A stretch of 64,000 nt of DNA from a virus. Below are positions 9,024-17,839 of the stretch, piece by piece. The position numbers and the translations under genes are program-made. The notes below the pieces were generated by a model that saw only the letters and a list, made by a program, of their open reading frames with translations, did not search any database and was not told the DNA's origin. The stretch is taken from the IMG/VR virus record IMGVR_UViG_3300045988_171958, positions 160,001 to 224,000 of that record; one strand, 5' to 3'. Numbering within the stretch: position 1 is the first letter of the stretch; each line of letters opens with the position of its first letter.

Positions 9024-10129
9024 TGATTAATTTAAAACAATATGTAGAAATAGTGGAATCTATGTTTACAAAAGCTGATTGGGATAAGCATGATGGAAAG
9101 TATCAAAAGGGAATTGTATCAAAAATTTTATCAGGAGAACCTATATATTTAGGAAAAGATTCCAATGGTGATACTTGGGTTTGTAAAAATATAGATAAAG
9201 CTAAAGAACTTTTTAAGGATGTTGATTCGATGGATTCACCAGATGAGTTCAATAAAGCTATGTCTGAACTAGATGGGCCATTATGGACCAAGATATTTAA
9301 GGGTCAAGTTTCTGGGTATATGAAAGGTGTAGATAGTGGCAATGCAGGTAATAGATTTGAACAAGAATATTTAGACAGTATACATTCATATATCCCAAAA
9401 CTAGAAGAAATTACAGGTAAAAACCTAAATAATTATGAAGCTACTAGAGTTGGTGGAGATAATTTGAAAAGACCATTGCAATTTGAAGGTAATTTATTTA
9501 CTTTAGGATTAAGTCAAGGATGTAAAACAGTAGGTGATAGTGTTGCAGATATAAAATTGAAGAAAGGAAATGATACTATAAATTTAAGTTTGAAAAGAGG
9601 TAATTTAGTATCATTCATAAATACAGGTATATTGAAAATATTTACTGCTGCTTCTTTTGATAAATTTAAAGACAATGGAACTTATGATCCTGGAAAAGAT
9701 GCAGAATCAATTCTTGATGCATTTGGAATAGATAAGAATAAATTTGCCTATACATTTACTCATTATGATGGAAAAACTCCTGTAGACGATTTTAAGATTG
9801 ATAACACTGATATAATGAAGAAGAATAATGATTTTAAGAAATTTATGGATAGTGTTATTGGTTATGACTATATCATGGTGCATAAATTAGGTAAAGATAT
9901 ACATTATGTAGATTTGTCAACTAAAAAAGATAGAGATAATTTGATTTCTAATTTAAAAAGGTCTACTATATATTATGGAGGAAAACAAGGTAAAGGAAAA
10001 CGTGTAGATATTGAAATGGAATTTGAAAATATTACTATAAAATTTAATTTCAGAACAAAATTTGCTGGCAAAATATATCCTTCATATTTACAAGCAGATT
10101 ATAAAATAAATCCATCATTTTATAAATAA
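9023..10129 (+). CDS. hypothetical protein with CTS-like N-terminus (368 aa); possible nuclease
   Basis: N-terminus MINLKQYVEIVE|S. GDSVADIKLKK could be a D..(D/E)xK core, which is weak evidence. Confidence 0.6.
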   Translation: MINLKQYVEIVESMFTKADWDKHDGKYQKGIVSKILSGEPIYLGKDSNGDTWVCKNIDKAKELFKDVDSMDSPDEFNKAMSELDGPLWTKIFKGQVSGYMKGVDSGNAGNRFEQEYLDSIHSYIPKLEEITGKNLNNYEATRVGGDNLKRPLQFEGNLFTLGLSQGCKTVGDSVADIKLKKGNDTINLSLKRGNLVSFINTGILKIFTAASFDKFKDNGTYDPGKDAESILDAFGIDKNKFAYTFTHYDGKTPVDDFKIDNTDIMKKNNDFKKFMDSVIGYDYIMVHKLGKDIHYVDLSTKKDRDNLISNLKRSTIYYGGKQGKGKRVDIEMEFENITIKFNFRTKFAGKIYPSYLQADYKINPSFYK

Positions 10130-11350
10130 ATGTTAAATTTAACACAATATGTACAAATCTTTGAAGGAGGAATGAGTAATCACATGTCAAGACCTTATGA
10201 TTTCCCTGAACTTACCTTAAAAGATTTAAGAGAAATAGTATTGTCAGTATTTGGCTATTCTGATCCAGTCGAATTTACAGAGAAGTTAGATGGTACTAAT
10301 ATTCAGGCATCTATGAATAATCAGAATGAAGTGATATTCATAAGAAATAAAGGTGACTTGAATTCTGAACGCGGTGGCATGTCAGTAGAAGATATGGCTG
10401 AAAAATGGAAAGATAAACCAGGTGTACAAAAAACATTTGTTTCTGCTGGTAAGATATTAGAAAGAATATTCAAAAGAATAGGTAGTAATTTCTTCAATCC
10501 AGATCCTAATACTAGATTATTTGCAAATTGTGAATGTATTGTTGCTGGTAAAACAAATATCATGCCATATATTGATGATAGTGTTGATTTTCATAATATC
10601 TGGGTATACAAAAAAGAAGGTGATGAATGGAAAAAGGATAAAGTTACTAGAGATGGATTAGATACTATAGAAAAAGCTATAGATAAAGATGATAAGGCTC
10701 AGCTTACTCCTAAATTGATAATGAAGGTAAATGACCAATCAAGAAAAATAGCTACTAAATGGTGTGATGAACTAAACAAACTTTGGAAACAAGAAGGATT
10801 AGGTGAAGATGATACATTACAAACTTGGGAACAATCTAGATTTAAGAAGATTGCACCAGAATGGATGACTGATGAAGATGGAGCAATATTCAGAAGATGG
10901 TTCCTTATGGATAAGTCAGTAAATATGAGAATATTGAAAAAGACTTATAAAGATCATGTTGATGAATTAGCAGAACTTGATAAAAAAGGTTATAAGAAAT
11001 ATGTAAGTGATGTAATGGGACCTATTGATAAGATGTTCATCAATCTAGGTACTGATGCAATAAATATGATACAAGGACTTACTAATTCTATAACTGATGA
11101 GCAAGCAAAGAAAGTAAAGAATGAACTTATATCAGATTTGAATACAGTAATAGATAAAGTAAACAAATCTGATGATATGGAATTAAAAGCAAAGCTTGCA
11201 TTAGAATTGTCAAGATTAGGAGATATGAATACAAATATTCATGATACTGAAGGTATTGTGTTTACTTGGAAAGGTAGAATGATGAAACTTACATCAGGAT
11301 TTGGTCCTGCAAATCAAATAATTAATTTACAATATAAATTAAATAAATAA
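10130..11350 (+). CDS. ligase-superfamily nucleotidyltransferase (RNA-ligase-like) with CTS-like N-terminus (406 aa)
   Basis: N-terminus MLNLTQYVQIFE|G; FTEKLDGTNI (KxDG motif I); LFANCECIV (motif III-like); TEGIVFTWKGRMMKLT (EGxV / KxK-like). Motif spacing is atypical. Confidence 0.5.
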   Translation: MLNLTQYVQIFEGGMSNHMSRPYDFPELTLKDLREIVLSVFGYSDPVEFTEKLDGTNIQASMNNQNEVIFIRNKGDLNSERGGMSVEDMAEKWKDKPGVQKTFVSAGKILERIFKRIGSNFFNPDPNTRLFANCECIVAGKTNIMPYIDDSVDFHNIWVYKKEGDEWKKDKVTRDGLDTIEKAIDKDDKAQLTPKLIMKVNDQSRKIATKWCDELNKLWKQEGLGEDDTLQTWEQSRFKKIAPEWMTDEDGAIFRRWFLMDKSVNMRILKKTYKDHVDELAELDKKGYKKYVSDVMGPIDKMFINLGTDAINMIQGLTNSITDEQAKKVKNELISDLNTVIDKVNKSDDMELKAKLALELSRLGDMNTNIHDTEGIVFTWKGRMMKLTSGFGPANQIINLQYKLNK

Positions 11351-11358
11351 CTATTATA

Positions 11359-11390
11359 ATTGAAATTCTTTTTATCAATTATCTATTTTT
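11359..11390 (+). promoter_or_regulatory. weak promoter-like match (ATTGAAATTC ... ATCTATTTTT)
   Basis: Degenerate copy of the cassette, spacing 24, pointing into the inverted-repeat region. Confidence 0.3.
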
Positions 11391-11437
11391 ATATAAGATA
11401 TTAGATATGAACATCATGTTTCTTCAAAATTAGTTCA

Positions 11438-11684
11438 CCAATATCACTCTCATTTGAGATGATTTGATAGTAAATATTATAGTAAAGAATTAAATAATAT
11501 TCAGTAAGAAATTAATGGTGTTTACAAAATATATCACAGCGGTGACTTAAAAGCGTCAGAGTACACGATAATTGATTTGTAGCTATTTCATTATATCACT
11601 CTGACGCTTTTTTTAAAAGAAATAATGAATTAGTCATGAACAACTTAGCACTTATCAAATCATCTCAAATGAGAGTGATATTGG
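11438..11684. repeat. 32-bp perfect inverted repeat flanking a 183-bp segment
   Basis: Left arm 11438-11469 CCAATATCACTCTCATTTGAGATGATTTGATA; right arm 11653-11684 is its exact reverse complement. Confidence 0.9.
11548..11617 (+). terminator. 14-bp stem / 35-nt loop hairpin followed by a T7 run
   Basis: AAAAGCGTCAGAGT (11549-11562) pairs with ACTCTGACGCTTTT (11598-11611), then TTTTTTT. Confidence 0.6.
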
Positions 11685-11757
11685 GTGTTAGTTTTTGATA
11701 TATTCATGATTTCTCTTGGTCACTTATATTCTATAAAATATATTTGAAAGAGAATTT

Positions 11758-13251
11758 ATGGCTACAGGATTATGCTACACTCAGAGTGGTAATGTTAAGA
11801 GATATGAAACGGATCAATGGCATGGATTTGCAACTACAGGTAAACCAGTATTAAGTGCATATGGGTTACCTGTAAATAATTTCAATATGGTCACCTGGAT
11901 ATTTAATTCAAATTACCATAAAAATGATCCTGTTGTTTTAAATGATACTTATTTTAATTATAGTATGAATAAAACATTATTTACAATTACTAAAGAACCA
12001 TCATCTACAAGTTATAAATATGAAGTAAGTTATACTAATTTTATTGATGATAATTATATTAATGATCTTAAACAACATATTATTGATAATTTTAATATCC
12101 AAACAAAACAAAATATAGATGATTATAATTTGACATATTATAATCCAAATATACTTAGTACTTATGAAACGAGTTATTCAATAATTCAATCCACATATAT
12201 ATTTAATTCTATAAAAGTATATTATCATAATATAGGTAATTATATTAATGTTAATAAATCTTCCTTATTCAGTGATAATTTTAATGGGTTTATAATTTAC
12301 AAACCAAAGCCTTTAAAATTATTTAATATATCTAGTGTATTATTTTCACCAGTGGTTTATATTAATGATGATACAAATGAAAAAATTTTTAACAAGGAGA
12401 TACAAATACAAAGTTTATGGACATTACCAATTCCTAAATTTGATGTGATTTTTACTACTGAATATAATAATGAAACTTATAAATACACACATAAAGATTA
12501 TAAATTTTCAAATAATCCTCCATTCCAAGATTTAAATATAAAAGTTAGTGATAATAAGAAATTAGGAAACAGTTTTATGGTAACATTACCTCCAATAGTC
12601 ATAAATGAAGATAATGGCAAAACAATAGAATATAATGGAACTAATCTACCAAATTTGAAAAATTTTACTTCTAATTTGGATTCAATAACACTATCAAATG
12701 GTAAAATTCTTTGGGCTCAAACTAATTATATGTATGAGTTAGTAGTAAAAGGATCTTTCCAAAAATCATACGAAATAATTAAATATGATACAAATTATGT
12801 TTTACATCAAATAAACCCAATAAGTTATGTTCAATTATTTATTAAAGATTTACCTGATTATTATTTAATAAATGTTAACTATGAAAGAAATATTAATGAC
12901 CCAATAAATGCTAGTAATGTAAGTATAATTTGGAATGTTAAATCTTATAAAAATGGTAAAATTTTACAATCATATATACCAGGAGGAATAATAGATGATT
13001 TAAATTTTTCAATTGAATTTGATTTCTCTGTGATTAATTATTCATATAGAGAAAATGAGATAATTAATGAATCTTCAACTGAAGAAGGTAAATTTTCAGC
13101 AGATATAAATGTATCATATCCTTTAAATAATTTATATGATTTTACAAGTGATTTAGATTATGAAGGTAATGGATATGATTATGTAGCAAGTATTGAACAA
13201 TTTACATACCCAAACAAGAGTCATTCTGGTATAGAAATTAAATGGAAATAA
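11758..13251 (+). CDS. Asn/Tyr/Ile-rich protein (497 aa), function unknown
   Basis: Long uninterrupted ORF in the most AT-rich part of the window; followed by a bidirectional palindrome. Confidence 0.6.
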   Translation: MATGLCYTQSGNVKRYETDQWHGFATTGKPVLSAYGLPVNNFNMVTWIFNSNYHKNDPVVLNDTYFNYSMNKTLFTITKEPSSTSYKYEVSYTNFIDDNYINDLKQHIIDNFNIQTKQNIDDYNLTYYNPNILSTYETSYSIIQSTYIFNSIKVYYHNIGNYINVNKSSLFSDNFNGFIIYKPKPLKLFNISSVLFSPVVYINDDTNEKIFNKEIQIQSLWTLPIPKFDVIFTTEYNNETYKYTHKDYKFSNNPPFQDLNIKVSDNKKLGNSFMVTLPPIVINEDNGKTIEYNGTNLPNLKNFTSNLDSITLSNGKILWAQTNYMYELVVKGSFQKSYEIIKYDTNYVLHQINPISYVQLFIKDLPDYYLINVNYERNINDPINASNVSIIWNVKSYKNGKILQSYIPGGIIDDLNFSIEFDFSVINYSYRENEIINESSTEEGKFSADINVSYPLNNLYDFTSDLDYEGNGYDYVASIEQFTYPNKSHSGIEIKWK

Positions 13252-13266
13252 GATATTATAAATAAA

Positions 13267-13304
13267 ATAATGAAATTATGGGTCTAGACCCATAATTTCA
13301 TTAT
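13267..13304. terminator. 38-bp palindrome between convergent genes (bidirectional terminator candidate)
   Basis: AATGAAATTATGGGTCT|AGACCCATAATTTCATT, plus two flanking complementary bases on each side. Confidence 0.65.
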
Positions 13305-13370
13305 AATAATTCTAATATAAAATTAGATAAATTCTTCATTTAAATATTCAATTTATTTTATTTAAAAATA

Positions 13371-13919
13371 TTAATTAAAAGTCCATTGTAATTTTCCGTA
13401 CCTAATATAATTGCAAAGCACTTCTTGCAAATCATATTTTCTTTCTACACCTATCATGCAATATCTGTCATGGTCCATCAAGTCTTTAATATCCTTATCA
13501 TAATGTTCCATAGCTCTCTCATAAGCAAGACTGTCCTTCTCTAATCCACCATCCTTCCATCTTTGACGTAACTTACATAACCAATATTCTTTGATGTTCA
13601 GATTAGGCATCACATTTGTATAAATCAGATTTCTCTTTTCTAGTTCATCTCTAACTAATTGATGAGTACTGCACATTACATTGATACCTTGCATTACTAA
13701 ATCTTGTACATAATTTACATAGATTTCTACCCAATTGCTTGGTCTTCCATCATTTCCTTTCATCAAGCTAGTTTCCAAATCTATTATAGAAACCCATCGA
13801 CCATCTTCCATTTGAATGCTGTTACCTCCTATGCTTGTCTTTCCTATGGCAGGATATCCACAAAATATGTGACCTATAGGTTTATGTTCCATAATTTTAT
13901 TGTCTTTATTATCTTTCAT
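13371..13919 (-). CDS. P-loop NTPase / nucleotide-kinase-like protein (182 aa)
   Basis: Walker A-like GYPAIGKTS near the N-terminus. Confidence 0.55.
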   Translation of the reverse strand: MKDNKDNKIMEHKPIGHIFCGYPAIGKTSIGGNSIQMEDGRWVSIIDLETSLMKGNDGRPSNWVEIYVNYVQDLVMQGINVMCSTHQLVRDELEKRNLIYTNVMPNLNIKEYWLCKLRQRWKDGGLEKDSLAYERAMEHYDKDIKDLMDHDRYCMIGVERKYDLQEVLCNYIRYGKLQWTFN

Positions 13920-13922
13920 TTT

Positions 13923-14732
13923 TTAAACTTCATATAATTTCTTTATATATTTAGCAGGTATGTTATTCTTTACAAAATAACAATGATCTTCTTTATCATA
14001 CATGTGATCTCTCCAGATATCAAAGTTCACTGTATACAAGTCTACTAACAACACTACTGTATTTTCCCAATCTAAATGATTCTCATCATCTGATCCTTTT
14101 CTTGCTTGCTTAAACTCTCTTGCAAATTTCAATATACTTTCTTTACTTTCTTTTCCTTTTAATTGTATTCTAGAACTATATTTTCTATATCCATCCTTTC
14201 CATCATGACCTCTCATTCTGAGTCCAGTCTCCTTTATTTTTTCATAATTTTTCTTAGTAGTAACATGTATGAATTTGTTATTAAACAATTTCATTGTTTC
14301 ATTATTACATTTGTCAGGATATTCAGGTTCTAAAATAGTATATCCATTCCACATATCAGTCTTCACATAATTGAAGAATGTACATATATCTAAGAACTTA
14401 CTTGAATTAACATAATATAATTGTTTGTTGTTAAACTTTACACCTACCAATCCATGCTTGTTAGATCTATTGATAGTGCAAATCTCATATATATTGTCTT
14501 TATATTCTTTTTCTATATGATTCACCAAACTATCTACATCATGAGATTTTAATGTCTCATATAGATAAGAATTAAGTTCAAATGTATGATTAATGTATGA
14601 TTCTTGTATATCTTTTGGTATGTCTTCTATAGATTCACCAAAATAAGTAGCTAACTCATTCAATCTATTTTGGCAGAACAACTTATCGTGTAAGTTGTTC
14701 TGACTTTCTATATATTCTTTTAAACTTATCAT
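13923..14732 (-). CDS. hypothetical protein with CTS-like N-terminus (269 aa)
   Basis: N-terminus MISLKEYIE|S. Confidence 0.6.
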   Translation of the reverse strand: MISLKEYIESQNNLHDKLFCQNRLNELATYFGESIEDIPKDIQESYINHTFELNSYLYETLKSHDVDSLVNHIEKEYKDNIYEICTINRSNKHGLVGVKFNNKQLYYVNSSKFLDICTFFNYVKTDMWNGYTILEPEYPDKCNNETMKLFNNKFIHVTTKKNYEKIKETGLRMRGHDGKDGYRKYSSRIQLKGKESKESILKFAREFKQARKGSDDENHLDWENTVVLLVDLYTVNFDIWRDHMYDKEDHCYFVKNNIPAKYIKKLYEV

Positions 14733-14741
14733 TTATTATAT

Positions 14742-14781
14742 ATAAATTTTAATCTTCCGGTATAAATTTTAATCTTCCGGA
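14742..14781. repeat. about 20-bp tandem duplication (TATAAATTTTAATCTTCCGG x2) spanning the thyX stop
   Basis: Read directly: ...ATATAAATTTTAATCTTCCGG TATAAATTTTAATCTTCCGG ATAG... Confidence 0.85.
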
Positions 14782-15599
14782 TAGATCTTGACACCTTGCT
14801 CTTTGAACAACAAATATATCTTATTTGCTAAATCGTAAGCTAATGGGTGAGGTTTACCAGTAAGACCTTTCATGCGTAGATCAAAAAAATGTTCCCAATC
14901 TTTTGTAGTACCACTCATCACCAATTCCGTAGCTGTTGAATTAGGAAGTACAGTAGCTGCTTCTTGTGCATTGCAACCCATCTTACATAACTTAAGATAT
15001 GAATATTCTGCACGTTCCATCTGCTTTACCCATTCATCATATACCTCATTTGAAATCAAGAACTTTCCAAATGCTGGTTTCAAGAACTTAAGCTCATTAT
15101 CAAACTTATCTTTACCATAATTACAATAGCGAGATGACTCTTGGTTGAAACTGAATACACGATGGCGTTCAAACTCATTTGCAATCTGACGATTAGTTAT
15201 CATTCGTACAGTAATTCGTCTGATATGGTTTATTGGTTCATAAGCACACTGATACTTAAGTACATCTTCCATTTCGTTTTCAACAATTACTCTATAGTTA
15301 GTAGTAACATAACAATAATTGCCATCACTATTTGTTTCACTATATTTGTTGAATGAAAAGAACAATGCATCATCTCTCTTACTTCTTGGCAGCTTAAGAT
15401 AGATAGTACAATGTTCCAATGTTGACAAATGTTCTGAATCAATCATTCTAGACACGAACTTTTCTGCGCTACCTTCTGTTATGAGATTCAATGACTTATA
15501 GCAAGTTCTGCCTGCAATTTCTACAATCTTCTTACCTTCTTCAAGTGTTGCTTCACCTAAACTTAAAATCTCTGCCGTTTGGTTATCAATTACCTTCAT
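14769..15599 (-). CDS. thyX: flavin-dependent thymidylate synthase ThyX (276 aa)
   Basis: ThyX signature FERHRVFSFNQESSRY (RHRxxSxxxxSxR). Confidence 0.85.
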   Translation of the reverse strand: MKVIDNQTAEILSLGEATLEEGKKIVEIAGRTCYKSLNLITEGSAEKFVSRMIDSEHLSTLEHCTIYLKLPRSKRDDALFFSFNKYSETNSDGNYCYVTTNYRVIVENEMEDVLKYQCAYEPINHIRRITVRMITNRQIANEFERHRVFSFNQESSRYCNYGKDKFDNELKFLKPAFGKFLISNEVYDEWVKQMERAEYSYLKLCKMGCNAQEAATVLPNSTATELVMSGTTKDWEHFFDLRMKGLTGKPHPLAYDLANKIYLLFKEQGVKIYPED

Positions 15600-15621
15600 A
15601 TTGTTATTTTATTAATATTGT

Positions 15622-16557
15622 TTAAAACAAATCAAATTCCTCTTGTTTCTCTACTTTGGTTTCTGATTCTTCTTTCTCTTTCAATTTTCTCATGCTTCTT
15701 TCTAGCTTATCTTTCTTATAAGCAAACTCAAATACTCTGTTTAAGAAATTCTCATCATATTTGAATGCTGGCATATATGCTTTATAGATTTCACCTTTGT
15801 TCTTACCAAGAACTGCATCTGTATTCTCATATTCTGCTTTAGGTAAATTCACTATCATACATTGAACATGACTAGCTTCTGTACCTTCTGGTAAGTAATT
15901 CTGCAACAATGCTTCTTTATAGTTGAATACTTGCATAGTATAAGTATACCAATCAAGATTAGGGAGTGTTTGAGCAGGTCCAAGCAATGTTGGTGTCCAT
16001 TTGTTCCCTTTAGTTGATATGCATTCATTTGACTTCCAATCTATAATGATCCAAGTATCGGTACGTTTGTTATAGAATAATGCATCCAATCTACCTCTCA
16101 CATAGAAATCATTATCATTGATAGTAATTCTATTCCAAACTTCTATTTCTCTACCAACAAATTCAACATCGCCAGACTTCATGATTCTTTCATAGAACTG
16201 GTCAAATGCCTTGATATGTGCCTTCATTCTTTCATCAGCATCAACATCATTATCAAGCATGAATTCTTCTATAATGTTTTCATCTCCTTCTAGCTTGCAT
16301 TCAGTATAAGCATCTAATTTCTTTCCATAAGTTCTAGAAACATTAGCTTTCTGTTCCCACAAGTCTAATATCTCTTTATATGACAATCCAGTCCATTTGC
16401 AGTTTATAGATTTACCTTTTTCTTCACATTTCTTCACTATACCTTCTTGGTCAAACTTAGGACTGATATACCCATTTACTGCACTAATTGTAACATACGG
16501 AATATTCTTATCTACAAACTTATTATCTAGATTTCTTAACTTTTCTATCATGTTCAT
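15622..16557 (-). CDS. PD-(D/E)XK family nuclease (RecB/Cas4-like exonuclease fold, 311 aa)
   Basis: RGRLDALFY...WIIIDWKSNE (D ... D/ExK arrangement). Confidence 0.6.
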   Translation of the reverse strand: MNMIEKLRNLDNKFVDKNIPYVTISAVNGYISPKFDQEGIVKKCEEKGKSINCKWTGLSYKEILDLWEQKANVSRTYGKKLDAYTECKLEGDENIIEEFMLDNDVDADERMKAHIKAFDQFYERIMKSGDVEFVGREIEVWNRITINDNDFYVRGRLDALFYNKRTDTWIIIDWKSNECISTKGNKWTPTLLGPAQTLPNLDWYTYTMQVFNYKEALLQNYLPEGTEASHVQCMIVNLPKAEYENTDAVLGKNKGEIYKAYMPAFKYDENFLNRVFEFAYKKDKLERSMRKLKEKEESETKVEKQEEFDLF

Positions 16558-16637
16558 TTATACTTTAAGGATTAAATATTATCTATAAAATAGAATATAA
16601 ATAGTATTGATTTCAACAAAAATATAGATGAAAATAT

Positions 16638-16670
16638 TTTGAAATTTCAGAATATTGTTCTATATTTTAA
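16638..16670 (+). promoter_or_regulatory. repeated promoter cassette TTTGAAATTT-N12-TTCTATATTT
   Basis: TTTG at 16638, CTAT at 16660 (offset 22). Confidence 0.65.
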
Positions 16671-16684
16671 ATGTTAAAATTATA

Positions 16685-16864
16685 ATGAATATGAAAGAAA
16701 TAATAGTTTACATATTAGTTTTCCTGATATTCAACTCTGTGGTTTATTCCACTAAGGTGATATTCAATTATGGAACTGATAAAGGTGCTGAACCTATGGG
16801 TAATATACTTAGTATTATCTACTTGATGGTAGTTATTGTTATTTTCTTGATTTGGATTCTTTAA
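16685..16864 (+). CDS. small membrane protein (59 aa from ATG 16685)
   Basis: MNMKEIIVYILVFLIFNSVV... has two hydrophobic helices. The track start 16655 is a non-ATG codon inside the promoter. Confidence 0.45.
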   Translation: MNMKEIIVYILVFLIFNSVVYSTKVIFNYGTDKGAEPMGNILSIIYLMVVIVIFLIWIL

Positions 16865-16876
16865 ATTATATAAAAT

Positions 16877-17299
16877 ATGTATTACGATAAACTTTGGAAC
16901 ATTACTCCTGAAGAGAATACTCTTCCATCAAAACTAGATATCAACTGTTTGTGTGGTTTTGAACCTAAGATGGATATAGTCAATATCACTCAGTTGTATT
17001 TCTTCAGAGAATATCATAATGAAGTAAGATGGACTTGCAAGTCTATAAGAATCATTAAGATGGTAGGTCAAACATTTAAGATTACACTTAATTCTTATGG
17101 AAGTGTATATAAAGTAGAAGTATTCAATAGAGCAACTGGATGGGTAGAAATACTTAGCAAATATGATTTACCGGAAGATGTTGATACAGAACCAGACCCA
17201 ACAAGATATGATGGCGATAGTATCAAGTCTAAGTTTGCTGTTATCTTTGATGATATTGAGAAGATGTTCATTAGAATGATTGTTAATTTGTATAATTAA
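16877..17299 (+). CDS. hypothetical protein (140 aa)
   Basis: ORF in the + strand array. Confidence 0.55.
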   Translation: MYYDKLWNITPEENTLPSKLDINCLCGFEPKMDIVNITQLYFFREYHNEVRWTCKSIRIIKMVGQTFKITLNSYGSVYKVEVFNRATGWVEILSKYDLPEDVDTEPDPTRYDGDSIKSKFAVIFDDIEKMFIRMIVNLYN

Positions 17300-17308
17300 A
17301 ATATTTTT

Positions 17309-17824
17309 ATGCTTATGTTGAGAAAGACAAAACCTAGTTTGCTGTACAGATTGTTATCTGGTAAAGAATCTTATGATACAGAATGCTATTATAAGAAGAT
17401 GAATGACTTGATAGAACATGACTTAGACCAGTTTGAGTTCTATGATGAGCTTGCAGAAAAAGAAAATGAGTATACTGATGCTCCATTACTATACAAAGTA
17501 GTAGTCAAAGGCAAGCATACTTCTACTTGGAGAGTTTATTTCTTAGGTGAAGATTATCCAGTTGTAGTTTATCCACTCAATGAAGGCGGAATTATCATGA
17601 TTAATCAATTGTATGGTGGATGTTGCCTTCATAAGAATGGAATGGAACCATCAGAACGTAGCAGATTCTATATCAAATATGATAGCATGCCATTCATTAG
17701 CTACCATTCTTCTAAATGGAAACAGAAATACGATAAGTATATTACAGATTGGCTTACTGAACATCTTGAAGATGGATATTCTGATAGTAACTGTTCAAAA
17801 GAATATATTGCTAAACTTAAATAG
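17309..17824 (+). CDS. hypothetical protein (171 aa)
   Basis: ORF in the + strand array. Confidence 0.55.
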   Translation: MLMLRKTKPSLLYRLLSGKESYDTECYYKKMNDLIEHDLDQFEFYDELAEKENEYTDAPLLYKVVVKGKHTSTWRVYFLGEDYPVVVYPLNEGGIIMINQLYGGCCLHKNGMEPSERSRFYIKYDSMPFISYHSSKWKQKYDKYITDWLTEHLEDGYSDSNCSKEYIAKLK

Positions 17825-17839
17825 AAATTGAATTAATTT

